Source: Amoebophrya sp. A120
Taxonomy: Eukaryota; Protista; Dinoflagellata
Assembly (NCBI GenBank): GCA_905178155.1
Contig: CAJINV010000008.1
Span: 2,356,001-2,420,000 of the forward strand
DNA: 64,000 nucleotides
Direction: 5' to 3'
Position numbers and translations under genes: made by a program
Notes under the pieces: generated by a model
The model's input: only the letters and a program-made list of their open reading frames with translations
The model's database searches: none
Told to the model about the DNA's origin: nothing
Shown: piece by piece, positions 24,821 to 38,583 of the stretch
Position numbering within the stretch: position 1 is the stretch's first letter
How the letters are laid out: every line of letters begins with the position of its first letter

Positions 24821-26485
24821 ACTTAGAAGCGACTCCCTCGATGTAAATGTAATCCCTCGAAGATCGTTCAGCAGCGATGGCACACGAAGCCAGCTCAGAG
24901 CTTCGTCTACGCTTTCTGTGACGCTCGGAAGATACGACTGGTGCGAAGTCGTGAAACGTATCGAAGTGTATAGTAGTACGTAAAAGAATGATAATGATTA
25001 TGCATTCACCTGCTAAAGGCACCAATACCAAATAAGTACTTTGATTTAGTAGTATGTTTGCCAACACGCACCCTCCTCCCTTTGTCTGAGAAACGACGAT
25101 CAGTCTTCTGATTTTCCATTTCCAAATCAAATGACGCGAAAATAAAGAGAAAGAATCTGAGCACTGGTAGAGAAATTGAAATGCTTCCATAGATTTTGCT
25201 GATTCGATGTCCATGTTATGGCTGTCGAAAAAATGTATCAAGAGAAAACCCCAGAGCAGATACAGTTTGAATTTCATCTACGCTTTACCTTCTCACGGGA
25301 GAGTGCTACAAATTTTAGCACGATTCTTTATTCAGGGCGGGTCCTAAGTGGTACCATCATGCGCATCTCCATTTGTGGTTCGTCATTGTCTTTGAGGTTG
25401 ATGGGACCTAGAAGACACCGAGCGATTATCTCTGTCTTGCTTTCCGTAATTCTGCTGATGGAGGAGCGAAAGTAGAAGTAGTGTCAACAAGGATGTAGCG
25501 AAACTTTCGTCCGAGCGGCTTTTGTAGAACCAGTCCGGTGAGGGGAATGAAGTTGCTGCAACTTCGAGAAGAAGTAAAGGCAAATCGAAGGTGTCTTTTT
25601 TTTGCAGGCGGGAAGTGACGTCCGCCTCCGGTATGTTTCCGTTTGCGAGAGGAACTTATTTAGATGCAGTGCGAGCACGTGCAAGAGCTCTAGTCCTAGC
25701 TGATTTTAAACGGGCTTGCCTACAGTCTACCAGCATTCAACAGACTGAACATCCATCAATCATGCGTCCCTCGTAGTTCATCTTCTTGCTCCTCACAGCG
25801 GTGGTCAGAAGCGGTCGCGGGCGGTATCTGCATCCCATACCACTCAATGCTTGCCACGGGCGCTACACACTGTCTCAGCAGCTTTTTGTCTTAGCACGGT
25901 GGTGAAAGCGCGCGCCGGGTACCATATCACCGAGCCTTTTCGTTTAGTTTTCGCGATCACAACGTGCGAGGAGAAGTCAGCTGAGTACTTAACTCGAGCA
26001 CGAACAGCTGCTTTCCGCGAGGCGTGGAGTTGTTGAGCTTGTGGCTGCGACGCGGTGCCTTTGTGTTTGCTGCAGCAAGTCCTCCTGCGGTCAAGTGCAA
26101 AAGATGCAGATGAAAAAGTGTGTCCTGCGGGTCCACGTCTTGGTCGAAGAGGGCAGGGACGGTGCCATGTAGAAGATCTCGTGGATAGAATACGACGGTA
26201 CTAGCCGACCTGGTGCGGGAACCCGCATTCTGTGGCAGTTTTGGCGGGTTTTGTACCCACACACGACGGACCAGAAGCAAAAGCTTTTCCTGGAGGTCTC
26301 ATCCTGCGCTCTTCGTTTTCAATAAGTTTGCTGCAGGCCAGAATCACTACCACCGTCAAGGAAGAAGGAGCTTTTTTGACTGCAACGGCGGCTAACTGTA
26401 CCTGCGGCCAACAAGGTCATCAACTGTTTGATTCCATTCTGTTGTCCGCGACTTCCTTGTTTGTCGCTCCACATCTGTCGCTGCC

Positions 26486-28645
26486 ATGTCGCTTCTTGGT
26501 GGGGGCTCCGGGCCCTCAAGCGGCCCGCCCTCGTCCTCTGTACACACACTACTCCGCGAGCGGCGGAACTGGCTGATAAATATGCTGTACATAAGGCACG
26601 AGTTTGACGATTGCAAGGAGCTCATCGAGGAACAGCTTAAAGAATGCCAGGTGAGGGGAAGATACGTTCATCATCATGATCATCATCAAATCATCATTTT
26701 CAACCTTCGTATGTCTATGTCTGTGTTCTGTATCTTGTTTTCTGCATTGTAGTATGAAATACAACGCCGCCGCATAGGCATCTGTAGACCAGTTATCCAG
26801 TTCCAGGAGGACATTTTTTATTCTCTTGCAAAAGGAACAAAACTATACTTAACCGTGCTACTCACAGGGCATGTGCGAATTCGCGATCTACGTGAAAGCG
26901 CTGATCCACCGGCAAGAGGGCAAGATCCAGGAATCGCTCGCGCTGTTCCAGGCGGTCACGTGCCTGAATCCGCACAACGTCTTGAATTTGAAGCAGGTCG
27001 GCAGGTCACTGTACCTACTTGGCAACCACAAAGCCGCCATCGACGTCTACGATGAAGCGCAGATTCTGTCGCCCGATGACTGGGAGATATGGCACAACAA
27101 GGGGCTGTGCTACATGTATTGAGAATTCAAGTCGTCTTGAGTGAAGGAGATTAGACTTGTTGTTGTTTGCGACTCTGCAGCGTTCCAGTTGCATAAGTAG
27201 TGTGAGCAAGAAGCTGGCAGTTCCAGTTGCATATACACTTGGTCTTGGTGTTGGTCGTGCTGTGGTCATCAGAAATATTGTACGCAACAGATCCTCCGTC
27301 ATCTCTCTTCGCAAGGTACCTCCGTTCCTACGACGACGCGGTAGACGCTTTTGAGAAGGCGAACGAGATGCAGCGGCACGACGTCACCTTCCTGCAGCTC
27401 GGCAAGGTTTTCGTGCTTCGCGAGGAGTACAAGAAGGCCATCGACGTGTACCAAGAGGCGTTGGAATTTTCCCCGGAGAACCCAGAGATTCTGACCACGA
27501 TGGGAATTCTGTACCTCCGCATGGGCGAATCCCTCACCGCGTTCGACCACCTGGGGAACAGCTTGACGCACAACCCACGCAATCCGAAGACGATTCTGGC
27601 CGCGGGGAGCATCATTCAGGACCACGCGGACATGGACGTAGCCCTGGTGAAATACCGCGTCGCCGCATATGCACTGCAAGAATGTCTGGGTCTGGAAGAA
27701 TGCCAGACTTGTCATGCAGGTTTTACATGACGATGACCCATGAGGTCTGGTATGTAGGACATAGCATGGCAGATTCTGTGAAAGTTCTGCCATGCCTACT
27801 CTGCATGAGAAACTGCCTCTTGATTAGGTCAAAAGTGGGCATCTTTTGGCAATCATGCAACACAGGTTTTTACATGATTCGGATTTAGCATGACAAGTTG
27901 CTTTGTCCCAGACCCAGACATTTTTGCATTTGATACCGCGGTGCACACCCCCAACAGCGCACAGCTCTGGAACAACATCGGCATGTGCTTCTTCGGAAAG
28001 CAGAAATACGTCGCCTCAATCGCGTGTTTGAAGCGAGCGCTGTATTTGTTTTTTGTTGTTTTTCATTTTCTTCGAGGACTTACCAACAGAATAAAGGTCC
28101 TTCGCTCATCAAGTACACTATCCTCCTACAACGCAACTCCTGCTGGTGCTTGTTCCAGTGCAAAAGAAAAGTAGAAGTACAATGGCAGCCTCGTCAGGAT
28201 TCTTTTTCTTGCTATCACAATACACTGATTCTGATATATTCAAGAACAAAAACGCACACGCAGGTACCTCGATCCCTTCGAGTGGATAATAAGTTACAAC
28301 CTCGGGCTGGTTCACCTGAATACCGGGCAGTACGCATCGGCGTTCCACTACTTCAGTTCCTCTATCAACCTCAAACCGGACTTCCCCTCGTCCTACATGT
28401 ACTTGGCAATCACGTTGTCGCGGCTAGACGACTTCACGAACTCGTGCGCGGCCTACGAGAAAGCGATCGAGATGGAGGGCAACGACTGCGTGTTCCAGCT
28501 GAATTTCGCGATCACGCTGTTCAACCACGGGGACCTGGTGGAAGCGAAGAAACAGTTCTTGCACTGCAAGGAAATGCTCGTGGAGGAAGACGCTGATCAA
28601 GAGGTGCTGGACATGAAAGCAACCTTGGAGCAGTTGCTGGTGTGA
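26486..28645 (+). CDS. BBS4: Bardet-Biedl syndrome 4 protein (BBSome TPR subunit)
   Basis: [10 protein letters not shown]...[33 protein letters not shown] and LVKYRVAA...[25 protein letters not shown] match the BBS4 signature as I recall it. Three GT-AG introns plus one introner. Confidence 0.92.
27668..27935. mobile_element. Introner family B (TIR tgtctgggtctgg)
   Basis: Direct repeat ccgca/ccgcg. TAT...ATA ends. atgtctgggtctgg pairs with ccagacccagacat. Removal restores BBS4 RVAAVHTPN. Confidence 0.92.
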
Positions 28646-29269
28646 TGACTACTGGTGGATACATTCATTATCCGTGGCAAGCACCAAAAAGCCGACCACT
28701 GAAGACGGTGATCATGCTCAGTCGCTGCAATAGCTACAAGATGGCCGGGGCGGAATTTTCGGAAGGTAGACAAAGAGGTTGCGGCGTGCCATGAAAATAA
28801 AAGCTGCAGTGCAAAGAGAGCGTACTGGTCGTGCTCCTGCGTCACTGTTCATCAAAAGAGGTCCAAATGACTGGAACTTTATTCATTGAGTCCCGCTCCC
28901 GGCGCATCTACTGACGCAGGCTGTTCTTTGGTAGGGGCACTCGCACTAATGTACAGTCGATCGTGGTGCTCGTCCTTCTCAATCCGGTGGTCCGATTTCT
29001 GACGCATCATCGAAGCCGCTGGATCTGCGGCTTTCGAGAAAAAGGCAACAGCTCAACTTCGATCTTCCGACGTGCCGAAATGTTGAATTTTCGATTTTTT
29101 TTCCCATGTTTCCAGGCTTGCAGATTATGTTTCACACCTACATCGGTCTGCTCGCTCTGGATAGAACATTTATCAATTGTTGTGTCTGTAAATTATCCTT
29201 TGTTTCGCACTCACATGCGCAGCAGGCTCTAACTAACTGCTGCTGCTTACTGCGACAAAATCAAATAAA

Positions 29270-31874
29270 ATGTTTCGCATGTGGTTAAGTTCTTCTCCCT
29301 GCGCAGCGGCAGCCCCTTGTGTTAGTGGAATGAGTTCTTCTTTGCCCATTATCCGAGGAGCCACTGCGCCTGCTCGTGGTTATTGTACCAATAATCTGTT
29401 TTTTCAAGAGTTTCTTGCGCAGTTCCGGCGGTGTGCAACAAGTATCGTTTGTCTAAATTCAAACCTTCGTTTCATCATTTTTGTCATATCGAGTATTATT
29501 TTTGTGGTTTCATCCGTCCAAGCTGTCAGTCTGCGTTCTTTGCCCGAACAAGCCGGCGAAGCAGTCTATCGAAAGGATACAGCTAGAACCGGCTCCGATC
29601 CGGATTCCTCGCTCGCTCCTCAGCACCTTCCCGGGCAATGCGAAGAAGAGACAGCAGCTGCACCTGCTAGTACGTCCAACTACCCGTCGGTCCTGCCGAC
29701 CATTTCCGCCCACCTACCATCGGGGAAGCAAGTTCAGACAGATTTGGTATTTTCCGACCAGTACGTGCTGTCCGTGCACCAGCGCTTGGCAGAAGCTGCC
29801 GGCTTGAGGCGCGGCCAAAGGCTGCAACTGTTTTCGCAGAGTAACAACCACGTGTACCAGGATGCCGACAGGGTGTGCCTGCTGTTCGAACCCGCGGAGG
29901 AGACGGAGCTGGTTTTGCCAGGTAACGGCAATCCCAGCGGAGTCCAGAAAGAGCGAGTTGTTTCCAACACAGCGGTATGCATTGCAAATATGTCTGGGTC
30001 TGGAAACTTGTATTGCTGGCTGCGAAAGAGAAAGACGAGGACGCCTCATTTGACTGGTAAGCATGACAAGTTTCGGAGGTGCTACAGTCTTGGCTTTTCT
30101 GCATGACAAAGTGAGCTTCTGCATGACAGAAAAGTGGGGCTTTTGGGTAATGTGCCTGACAGACTTGAGAGTCATGTCCGACAAGCATGACAAACCTTTA
30201 GATCTTTCCAGACCCAGACACTTTTGCATTTGATATGCGGATTGCGCAATCGATTTCCCGAGTCCACACGCTTTGGTCATGGAAGACTATGAAGATCAAG
30301 ATGCAGAACAAGCGGAAGGCTTGGGGAGTGCACTCGAGGAAAACAAGCCGACCACATCTTCGAACAGCTTGTTTCCGCGGGACCAACACCCGGCGCCGGC
30401 GCTACAAAGTTTTGCGGAAAAGCAACGCAGGCGCGCACTTGCATTTCTGGCCGGAGGTCCTTCTCCCGCCAAAAAACAACCGAAAAAAGTGTCTATCGTT
30501 ATAGCAGAGACTCTGGACGAGGATCGAGAGCTGCAGCGTTCATCAGGATATTTGGCTTCGTCGTCGGGAATGACTGATAAAAGCCGTGTGGTCCCAGCAA
30601 CAACATCTTGTCCACCTACTTCAGCCTCAACTACCCCGAAAGCCCCCAGAATTCCTGGCTACATCACCGCACTCCCCCGCGTCGGCGCAACAATCGACCC
30701 GGAAAGCTGCGGGGTCCACCAGACTCTTCCGCACGAACCGGCAGTGCGTTTGAGGAAAGTGAGTATCAAGCCTCGAGATTTCACCGCGGTCGTTTCCGAA
30801 GACCGCATCTTGCGTACCGAGAAGGATCCGAGGGTGCGCTGGGTCCGTGCGGTGGAACTTGGCCGCGAAGACATTGCGAGGGAAATCTTCGAAGCCTTGG
30901 ACTCTTCCTTCGTAGAGGTAGAGGAGTCGCAAGATGTGGTAGGTGGAACTGACCGAAAGCTAAAGCGAGGCTCTTCGATTTGCGTCGGCACAGCTGCAAG
31001 GGACTGCACGACCGGAAGCAGTGGCAGCGCATCTTCAACGGCACCACCCGCGGCCACGTCCTCAGGCGGTCCCCGCTGGACTCAAGCCTTGGAAGACCGG
31101 CACGGGCATGCGCTGCAAACACTTCTGCAGTGCGGGGCATTTGCAGATGCGCCATTGCCGTACTTGCTCGCCACATCCGTCTACGCGGACGAGGATGATG
31201 CGATGGAGGTGGTGGACAACGAGGACGTCGGTGCAGCAGCTACGAGTTCAACTACTATGTCTCACACTTCCCGGCGCCGGACAAACACCTACTTCAGTCT
31301 CCGCTCGCAGGAAGAGCTGTTTCTCATGGAACTAGTCCGAGGAAACACGGCCGGGGTGGGTATGATTTTCCAAATCATCACGCCAAAGCATATCCATTAC
31401 CTGCTCAACCTGAACCTCTACGCCGCCGCAGACCACCGTCTTGTTCTGCACAAGGATGTGCAAACTCTGGGCGACGCCCCGGCCATGTGCGTCGCGGCCT
31501 TTTGCGGGCATCGAGATTTGGTGCAGTTCCTCTTGCAGTATGGCGGTAGGCACGATGTTAGTTCCTGTTGGGGGCTGCAGCCACTGCACTACGCCGTGAT
31601 GCAGGCCTGGCCGCAAGTGGCCTACGTTCTGGCGGGCGCGAACGCCTGCATTTACAACAGCGACAATCTTTGGAACAGCTCGCCCTTAGATTTCGCGAAG
31701 AGGGGCGCTGCACCGCTGGCTGAAACAGCAGATAGGAGGACCGTCGCCAGAGCAGACGAAAGGCACAGTTTGTGCCAATTGCTGCTGTCCGAGGGAGCGG
31801 GTACACCGGTGGGGGCAGCGAGTAGGAGCAACGACGCAGATACGAGTCTTGCCGCCAACTTTTTTCCAAGTTGA
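29270..31874 (+). CDS. Protein with an N-terminal ubiquitin-like segment and C-terminal ankyrin repeats (start uncertain)
   Basis: Ubl-like ISAHLPSGKQV...VHQRLAEAAGL and ankyrin-like AAFCGHRDLVQFLLQYGG, GLQPLHYA, SPLDFA. ORFs 29270 and 30273 join in frame (SNTADCAIDF) after introner removal. Confidence 0.65.
29976..30235. mobile_element. Introner family B
   Basis: Direct repeat agcgg/tgcgg. TAT...ATA ends. tgcaaatatgtctgggtctggaaa pairs with tttccagacccagacacttttgca. Confidence 0.9.
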
Positions 31875-32794
31875 CCTAGACCTTGCCGCGTTTCAACTAC
31901 ACCCGACATCGATTTATAATGCCTCAGTTCCCTCGGCGCGACAATGGCGGACTCCTGGTCCTGCCGCTGCGTTTTAGTATAGTAAATTATCTACCATAAT
32001 GAACAACTTCTGATTCATCTGTGTGGCTGAGGACGGGGTAGCGCAAGTGTGACGACTCCTTTTCTCTCGTCCAGATCGCGTCTGCAAACAGGACAAAATA
32101 ACGTTGGGCACTTAATATGTGGTAATGCTGGCACTCCCAGTTACACCGAAAACGTACAGAGACCAAGGCAACTTTATAAATATGTCCAACTTGCTTTGAT
32201 GCCGCTCTTCGGGATAGCGACGCGCGTAGCCTTGAAATTGATGCGCGTTGTTCATTTCCATTTGGTAGAAGTCGTGTGCAGGTGCAATTGTCCTGAGTAA
32301 GTAACAACCTTTTGAGTGCAAGCGTCGACGCAGAAGAGACACCTTTTCGCAGCTCGCGATCTAGATCTTCAGAATCAATCTATGATGCCGCCCTGCTCGT
32401 TTTTCGTATCGTTTTTATTCGACTTTTTCGAATGCTTACGAAGAGTAAGTCGTGCTCTTTCTATTTTTGCAGTCGAAGCAGTTGCTATCGAAGCTTTTTT
32501 TTCGTTTTCTTTGATTGTCTTTCTGCCCTGCCTCTGCCGAACTTTTTGGATGCAAGCGGAAGAGCAAGAGTCAGTATCAGTAAAAGAGTTCCCCAATTTC
32601 TGGCAGCCTGCCCCCGTGTAAGATTTCTACGTATCATGTCTTACTTTTGTTGACACGCCACTCGACGAACGTACTAGAGTCTAGGATAGTTTCGACGTCT
32701 ACTACCACGCGGTTGTTCAATCAAAATGTTGGGTCCTTCCACGACAAGCTCCTCTTCCACACATTTACCCGGACTGCTGAATCCCAACGCCACG

Positions 32795-35433
32795 ATGCAA
32801 TCGCATCCCTCGCAGCACAACCCGCCGGTCAAGCCGAACCGGTTTTCTGTCAAAATCGCTGACTTTAAACTTTCGAATTTGACTGCGGCAAACGAACCCT
32901 ACCTGCGTCTCGATTTTGACCACTTCAAGTGCTTTCAGACCGACAAGGAGAAGATAGGTTTGGAAGCCGGGGTATTCGAATACGGGTTCAAAGCCGGGTT
33001 TCTGTACTCCACACGGGCGGTTGACAAATTACCCATGAAGAGGTTCAAAATACACTGTTACGACCATGTGGGAAGCGGGAAAGAAAGCATTCTGCTGGGG
33101 AGCACAGAGGTACTCAAAGCAAGAAAAGCAATCCCCTTCTTCAGTTTGAGTTTGTGGATTTATCATATAGCATTGGAGTGTTGTATTGTTGTGCTTTTGA
33201 GTTGACGACGTTCTCTCCTGTTTTCATTTTCCCGCATTCTGCTGGTCACATTTTGTTCCAATCTTGAAATCTTGAATTTTCAGATCGACCTCCACGCGCT
33301 GAGCACGGGTGGGCAGCACGTAAGTCTCACACTGAAGACCGGACCTCTCCCTTCGCACTGCACGCCTCAGGAGCTGGAGAAGCGAAGACCCGTGGCGACG
33401 CTGGAGTTTCAGTGCTTCATGAAGATGCTGTCCAGCGAGTTCACCATTCAGCTGTCCGATCTGAAGCTCAGCATCCAGGGCTGGCCCGCCGCCGCGAAGT
33501 GGGACCTGTGCTCGACGCTGCGGGAAGACTTGGTAATCGAGGCCCCCTTCAGCAACGACGGACAGTGGGACCAAATTTCGCTACAGTTTGACACGACGTG
33601 GTGGGATATGCTTGCACCCCTCGCATTGCAGCAGGCCCCAAACGCCGCCCAGAATGCCAGCGGTATGCTCGCGGCACCCCAGCAGCTGGAGGGGTTGAAG
33701 ATCGTCGTATACGACGAAACCAGCAACGTGCAAGGCACCGTGATGCTGCCCTTTCGCGACTACTTCTTTCCCCCCGGCCCGCAAGGACCGGGCTCCACGA
33801 CCTCCTTCGCGGTAGTGTCGGGCACCAACAATACAACGGGCAGCATCAATCTGTCCGCAGCATCGGCGGACGGGCAGCAGCAACAGCAAGTGCCACCTCC
33901 GTTTTCCTTCGACTTTCACAAAGAACACGAATTTCAGGCGCACGTGACCTACGGCGACGAGGGAGACCAGGTCGGGGAGTTCACCGGGAAGTTGCTCTTC
34001 CGCAACTTGCCGCGGTACGCGCAGATGGTCGGCGGGACAACTACCGACGACGGGCTGGTGGAGGGCGGATGCCTACTCTGCAAAAACCTGCCACCACCGC
34101 GATGCTACAACGACAGAGACGCGCCACCGTTTTTCGATCCCTACGGATACAATGCAGCAGCTCTGGCGTCGGCCAATCATACTGCCGGCGGTGCAGCCGC
34201 AGCCGGCTCATCCTATCTTCAGACGGCCGCAAGTGTGGGCCCTAGCGGAGCCAAGGAAAACGTCGCAGGAGGAGGCGCGGGCGGCATCGCCCTACTCGGG
34301 GGAAACATGGAACCGCCGGACGTGGAAAGTACTTATTTTGTTATTTTGGAATTCCAACATGACCATGCATTTGTGGGAGTGCTTGTGCTCTACTAAAGAG
34401 TTTGTGTTTTGAATAGTTTTCGCATTTTCAATGTACTTGCATTCACAAGCTCCACATCGTTCGCCGTCGTGTTCGAATTTGCAGTCGCAGAGATGATTTG
34501 TTTTGAAAATATACCAATATCCCAACTACAGTGGAGGACGCTCACCAAAACCCATTGCTCGTTGGCGGTTCGGGGAGCGGCAACTTACTTGCTTCCGGGC
34601 AGCAAAAATCAGCGAGCTCCAGTCACCAGCCAAACCGGTTCTCGCCACCCGATAACTTGTTTAGCAACGTAGAGCTGGACATGGAAATAGAAACGCCCGA
34701 CGACATCGAGTTGCCACCCAACTGGGAACAGCGACGGGCGAGTAACGGCCGTCCATATTTTGCAGACCACGTATCGAAGAAAACCACCTGGAAGGATCCA
34801 AGGTTCATGCCAGACAATTGGGACCAGAGGCTCGACCCGATTACGGGGAAGGTATAATTGTCAGATATTGATGCAGTCGTACTAGCTTCGATGACGGGAT
34901 GTTGCATTAATGCTGGGAAAGTAAGTAAGTACCTAGAAGAACGACCCGATGAACCTATCTTCACGCCACTTCAGGTTTACTTTGCCTACCACAAGACGCG
35001 GCAGACGACCTTCGTGGACCCCCGCGGCATGCCGCCGGGATGGGAGATGCGGCTCAGTTCGCAAGGCACGGAGTACTTTGCGCACTACGGGTCGAAGAAG
35101 ACGTGCTGGACCGACCCGCGGGGGCTGGAGGACGGGGTCGATATGCATTTGGATTTCAAGTCCCGGGTGTACTACGTCGACCACCGGGACACGAGCACCA
35201 CCTGGGACGATCCGCGCGAGCGCATGCCCAACCCCATGGCCTTGCGGAAGTGGGAGTTTCGCCAGTGGTGGCGGCACCAGATCATTGTCGCACGGGCCGC
35301 GCACGAGGAAGCTCTCCGGACTCACGCGGAAAGAGAAGACCGCGAGCAGGAGCTGCTCGGAACTCAACAAGAAAACAATGTCAGCGGAGGCTCGGAAATG
35401 GACTTCCAGCCAGGACTGAAAACGTCGAAATAG
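32795..35433 (+). CDS. C2-like plus four WW-domain protein (multi-exon)
   Basis: C2-like N-terminus (EPYLRLDF...HCYDH...LLGSTE). WW motifs LPPNWEQR...YFADH...[23 protein letters not shown] and [17 protein letters not shown]. Confidence 0.75.
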
Positions 35434-36245
35434 CAATGACTTTGCGTGGTGAAGCTGCTGGAGCAGCACGAGCAGCTCGTCTGTTCTGAGAATGCAATAC
35501 AATCAACAGACGAACTTCATCACTCGCCCAGCACCCTTCACGTTGGGAGGAGCCCTTGTTCGCGTGTTTTTTGTGTTTTCTGTCGCGAGCATCTCGTTAG
35601 AAGCACAGATATGGCAATGTCAAGGTGGGAGGAGCTGAAACGAAGAGATCCCACAGCGAGCGAACCGGAACCGTATTTACTTCGCGTGAAGAGAGTTTCT
35701 TTTTTGCCGCTTCTCAATGTGAAGCGAAGCCGGCTCTCCCTCTCACTCTCTCTTTTGAATCATCACCAACTATCCTGCTCCGAAAAAGATGAAAAAAACT
35801 CATCTGGATCATCGTGTGTACTCTGTACAACAAACATGCAATCTCGTAAAATCGCAGCACTTTTTTATATATTGGCGCTGAACAAGGCTACGGGAACGCA
35901 TCGAGTTGAGAGAAGTCGCACCGGTACTACAGACACCGCCCGAGAGAAGCTGAAGCGTGATTTTGAGCAAAAATGGCCGAGGACGTGCATGTTGCATCCC
36001 GCTGGTCTCCTCTTCCTGAACACCGTGCCGCAGGCGAGCCGCGCTGATCACTTTGTTGACTTTGGCAACCTCAGACAGCTCCTCAAGCTCTTTCCGCTTT
36101 CGACGTTTTCTTCTTTGTTCCATCTTGGTGCTGCTGGTCCGGCTCTTCTGAACGTCGTGAACACTTCGGAAATTCATCCAAGAGCCACGTCGACGGCGCC
36201 CTGGTAAAAGATACTTCCAGCTGAAGCTACGAAAGTCGAGAAGCC

Positions 36246-38583
36246 ATGCCTGGTTTCACCACGGTCGTGACGGGTCAACACGAGCAAGAGTCTCACGGTG
36301 TCCACACGACCGCTTCGCCGACGAAGTCTTCAAATGCGTCACCGGTGAACAAGCGCACCAGCGGTGGTGGAGCGAATATCGGCAACTTGCTACTCCACCC
36401 GCCGGCGAAGGATAACAAGGACCAACACCACCAGCACCGGAACTCCGAATTTCACAATAATCTAGGCGGTGGCAATATTGCCTCCTCCCCGACCAAGTCC
36501 TCCTGGGCGGTCTCAAACATTCTCCCACGATGGCTGTACTCACCGCGACGAAAAAGCGAGAGCAACTCTCAAGTACACAGCTTGGAGCAGCTGCGAAGCG
36601 CGATTCAGGCGAAAAACTCCAATTTTTCACTCGACTCCTTCGACCTGCGGGAAACCGTCGGCACGGGAACGTTTGGCCGGGTGCGGGTGGTCAAGCTGAA
36701 AAACTCAAAGTTTCGTGCGCCGTTCGCGCTGAAGATCATGAAGAAGTCGGAAGTGATAAACTTACGCCAAGTGGAACACATCCGGTCGGAGAAAGAGATT
36801 CTGCAGACTTTGCAGCACCCATTCATCGTCAACATGTTCGCCACTTTCCAGGACGTAAAGCGCTTATTCCTGATCTTGGAGTTTGTCAACGGTGGGGAAT
36901 TGTTTGCCCTGCTGCGGAAAGCAGGCAGGCTGCCGCCGGACCATGTGAAGTTTTACGTCGGCGAAATCGCGCTTGCGTTTAAGTACTTATTTTGCTACGA
37001 TCGCCAAAACATAATTATTCTGAAGAAGACAACAAATGTCTTAATTCCACCTTGCAGCAGCATGTGAATGACAATGTCAATGGCTGCTTGTTGTTTTTCC
37101 GGTACAAATACTAGCTTTAAAACTTACCTACCGGCTATTGCAACTACACCAGCTACATGCACAGTGTGATGGTAATCTACCGGGACCTAAAGCCGGAGAA
37201 CCTGCTTCTCGACTGCCAGGGGCACATCAAGATCACCGACTTCGGGTTTGCAAAACACGTCGAGGACCTCACGTGGACCCTCTGCGGCACACCGGAGTAC
37301 CTTGCCCCCGAAGTTATTCAGTCCAAAGGCCACGGGCGAGCGGTGGACTGGTGGGCACTCGGCGTTCTGCTCTTCGAGTTGCTCGCAGGGTAACAAGGAC
37401 GAGCTGGAGTTTTTTGTCTATGCTGCTTGTTTGGACATTCATATCAGTCATGTTCATTATACAAACGCTTGCTCATTCGATTGCTTTTCTTTGTGCGACT
37501 GGGGCAGGTGATCTGGGTGTTACTTAATCCACCTACCACTGCGTCAAAAAATGGAAGTATCGTCAAACTGAGGTACCCGCCCTTTTACGACGACAACCCC
37601 ATGGGGATTTACCAGAAAGTGGTCGCCGGAAAGTTTTCCACGCCGAAGCACATTGACGTCAAAGCCCGAGATCTCATCAAGCGCTTCCTGACGACAGAAA
37701 GGACAAAGCGGATAGGGTACCACGGCTTTTATTTGCTTTGTAGATCACAAGAATTGAAGTAATAGAACTAGAAGACCCAAAGCGCTTCGACGCTTCTAGA
37801 TCTGTGTCTTGCAGCAGGTGCTTGGTCTTTGATAGTAGTTCTTTGCGATAGCAAGATCTTGGCCAATCGACCCCTTCCCCTAATGGATTCTTTTTCTTCA
37901 GATGCCTCGCCGGCGGCTTTTCCGACATTCGGGAACACAAGTGGTTTCAGAAGAGCTGGAGCTGGGAAGCGCTAGCTATGAAAGCCTCAGAATGGAAATC
38001 CTCAAAGTGGAAATAATTTGTGATGCATGAAATGCAAGGCAAAAGAGACTGCACTGCAGAGGACACAATGGAGAGCGACTCTTGTCCTGCTAGGGGTTCA
38101 GAATTGGGCTGCTGATTAGCACGAGAGAAGGGCACCCCTTTGCCTAGCTAGCATGACAGACATCCTTTGAGTGCCCAGGAAATTTGTCATGCGCCGACTA
38201 GAAATGGCGCTTCGACTGGAGTCGTTTTTTTGCATTACAAATTATTTCCACTTTGAGGATTTTCAACCTGAGGCTTTCATACTAGCGGCGAAGCAGGTGC
38301 CGCCGCCGTTCACGCCCGCGATCATATGCATTGCAAAAGTATCGTACTCGTACTGATTGCAGTTATGCATTACAAATCTAGTTGCTAAGGTAAATCAGCA
38401 TTACAAATTTAATTTGTAGTGCTGAGCCAATTTGTATTGCCATTTATACTAGTACGATACTTTTGCACAGCATAGATCAAATCTAACGACGATACCAGCA
38501 TGTTTCAGAGCTACCCCGAGTCAACAGAGTCGTCGTGTCCGAAAATAGACAAGAACGATCAAAAGCTTTTCGAGGGGTTTTGA
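36246..38583 (+). CDS. cAMP-dependent protein kinase catalytic subunit (PKA-C, AGC kinase)
   Basis: [49 protein letters not shown] and the C-terminal PPFTP...LFEGF* (FxxF) motif after removing two introners. Confidence 0.93.
37977..38281. mobile_element. Introner (long TIR tatgaaagcctcag...)
   Basis: Direct repeat ctagc at 37972-37976 and 38282-38286. About 50-bp imperfect TIR. Removal gives [13 protein letters not shown]. Confidence 0.93.
38325..38474. mobile_element. Introner family A
   Basis: Direct repeat gatca at 38320-38324 and 38475-38479. tgcaaaagtatcgtact pairs with agtacgatacttttgca. Removal gives [12 protein letters not shown]. Confidence 0.93.
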
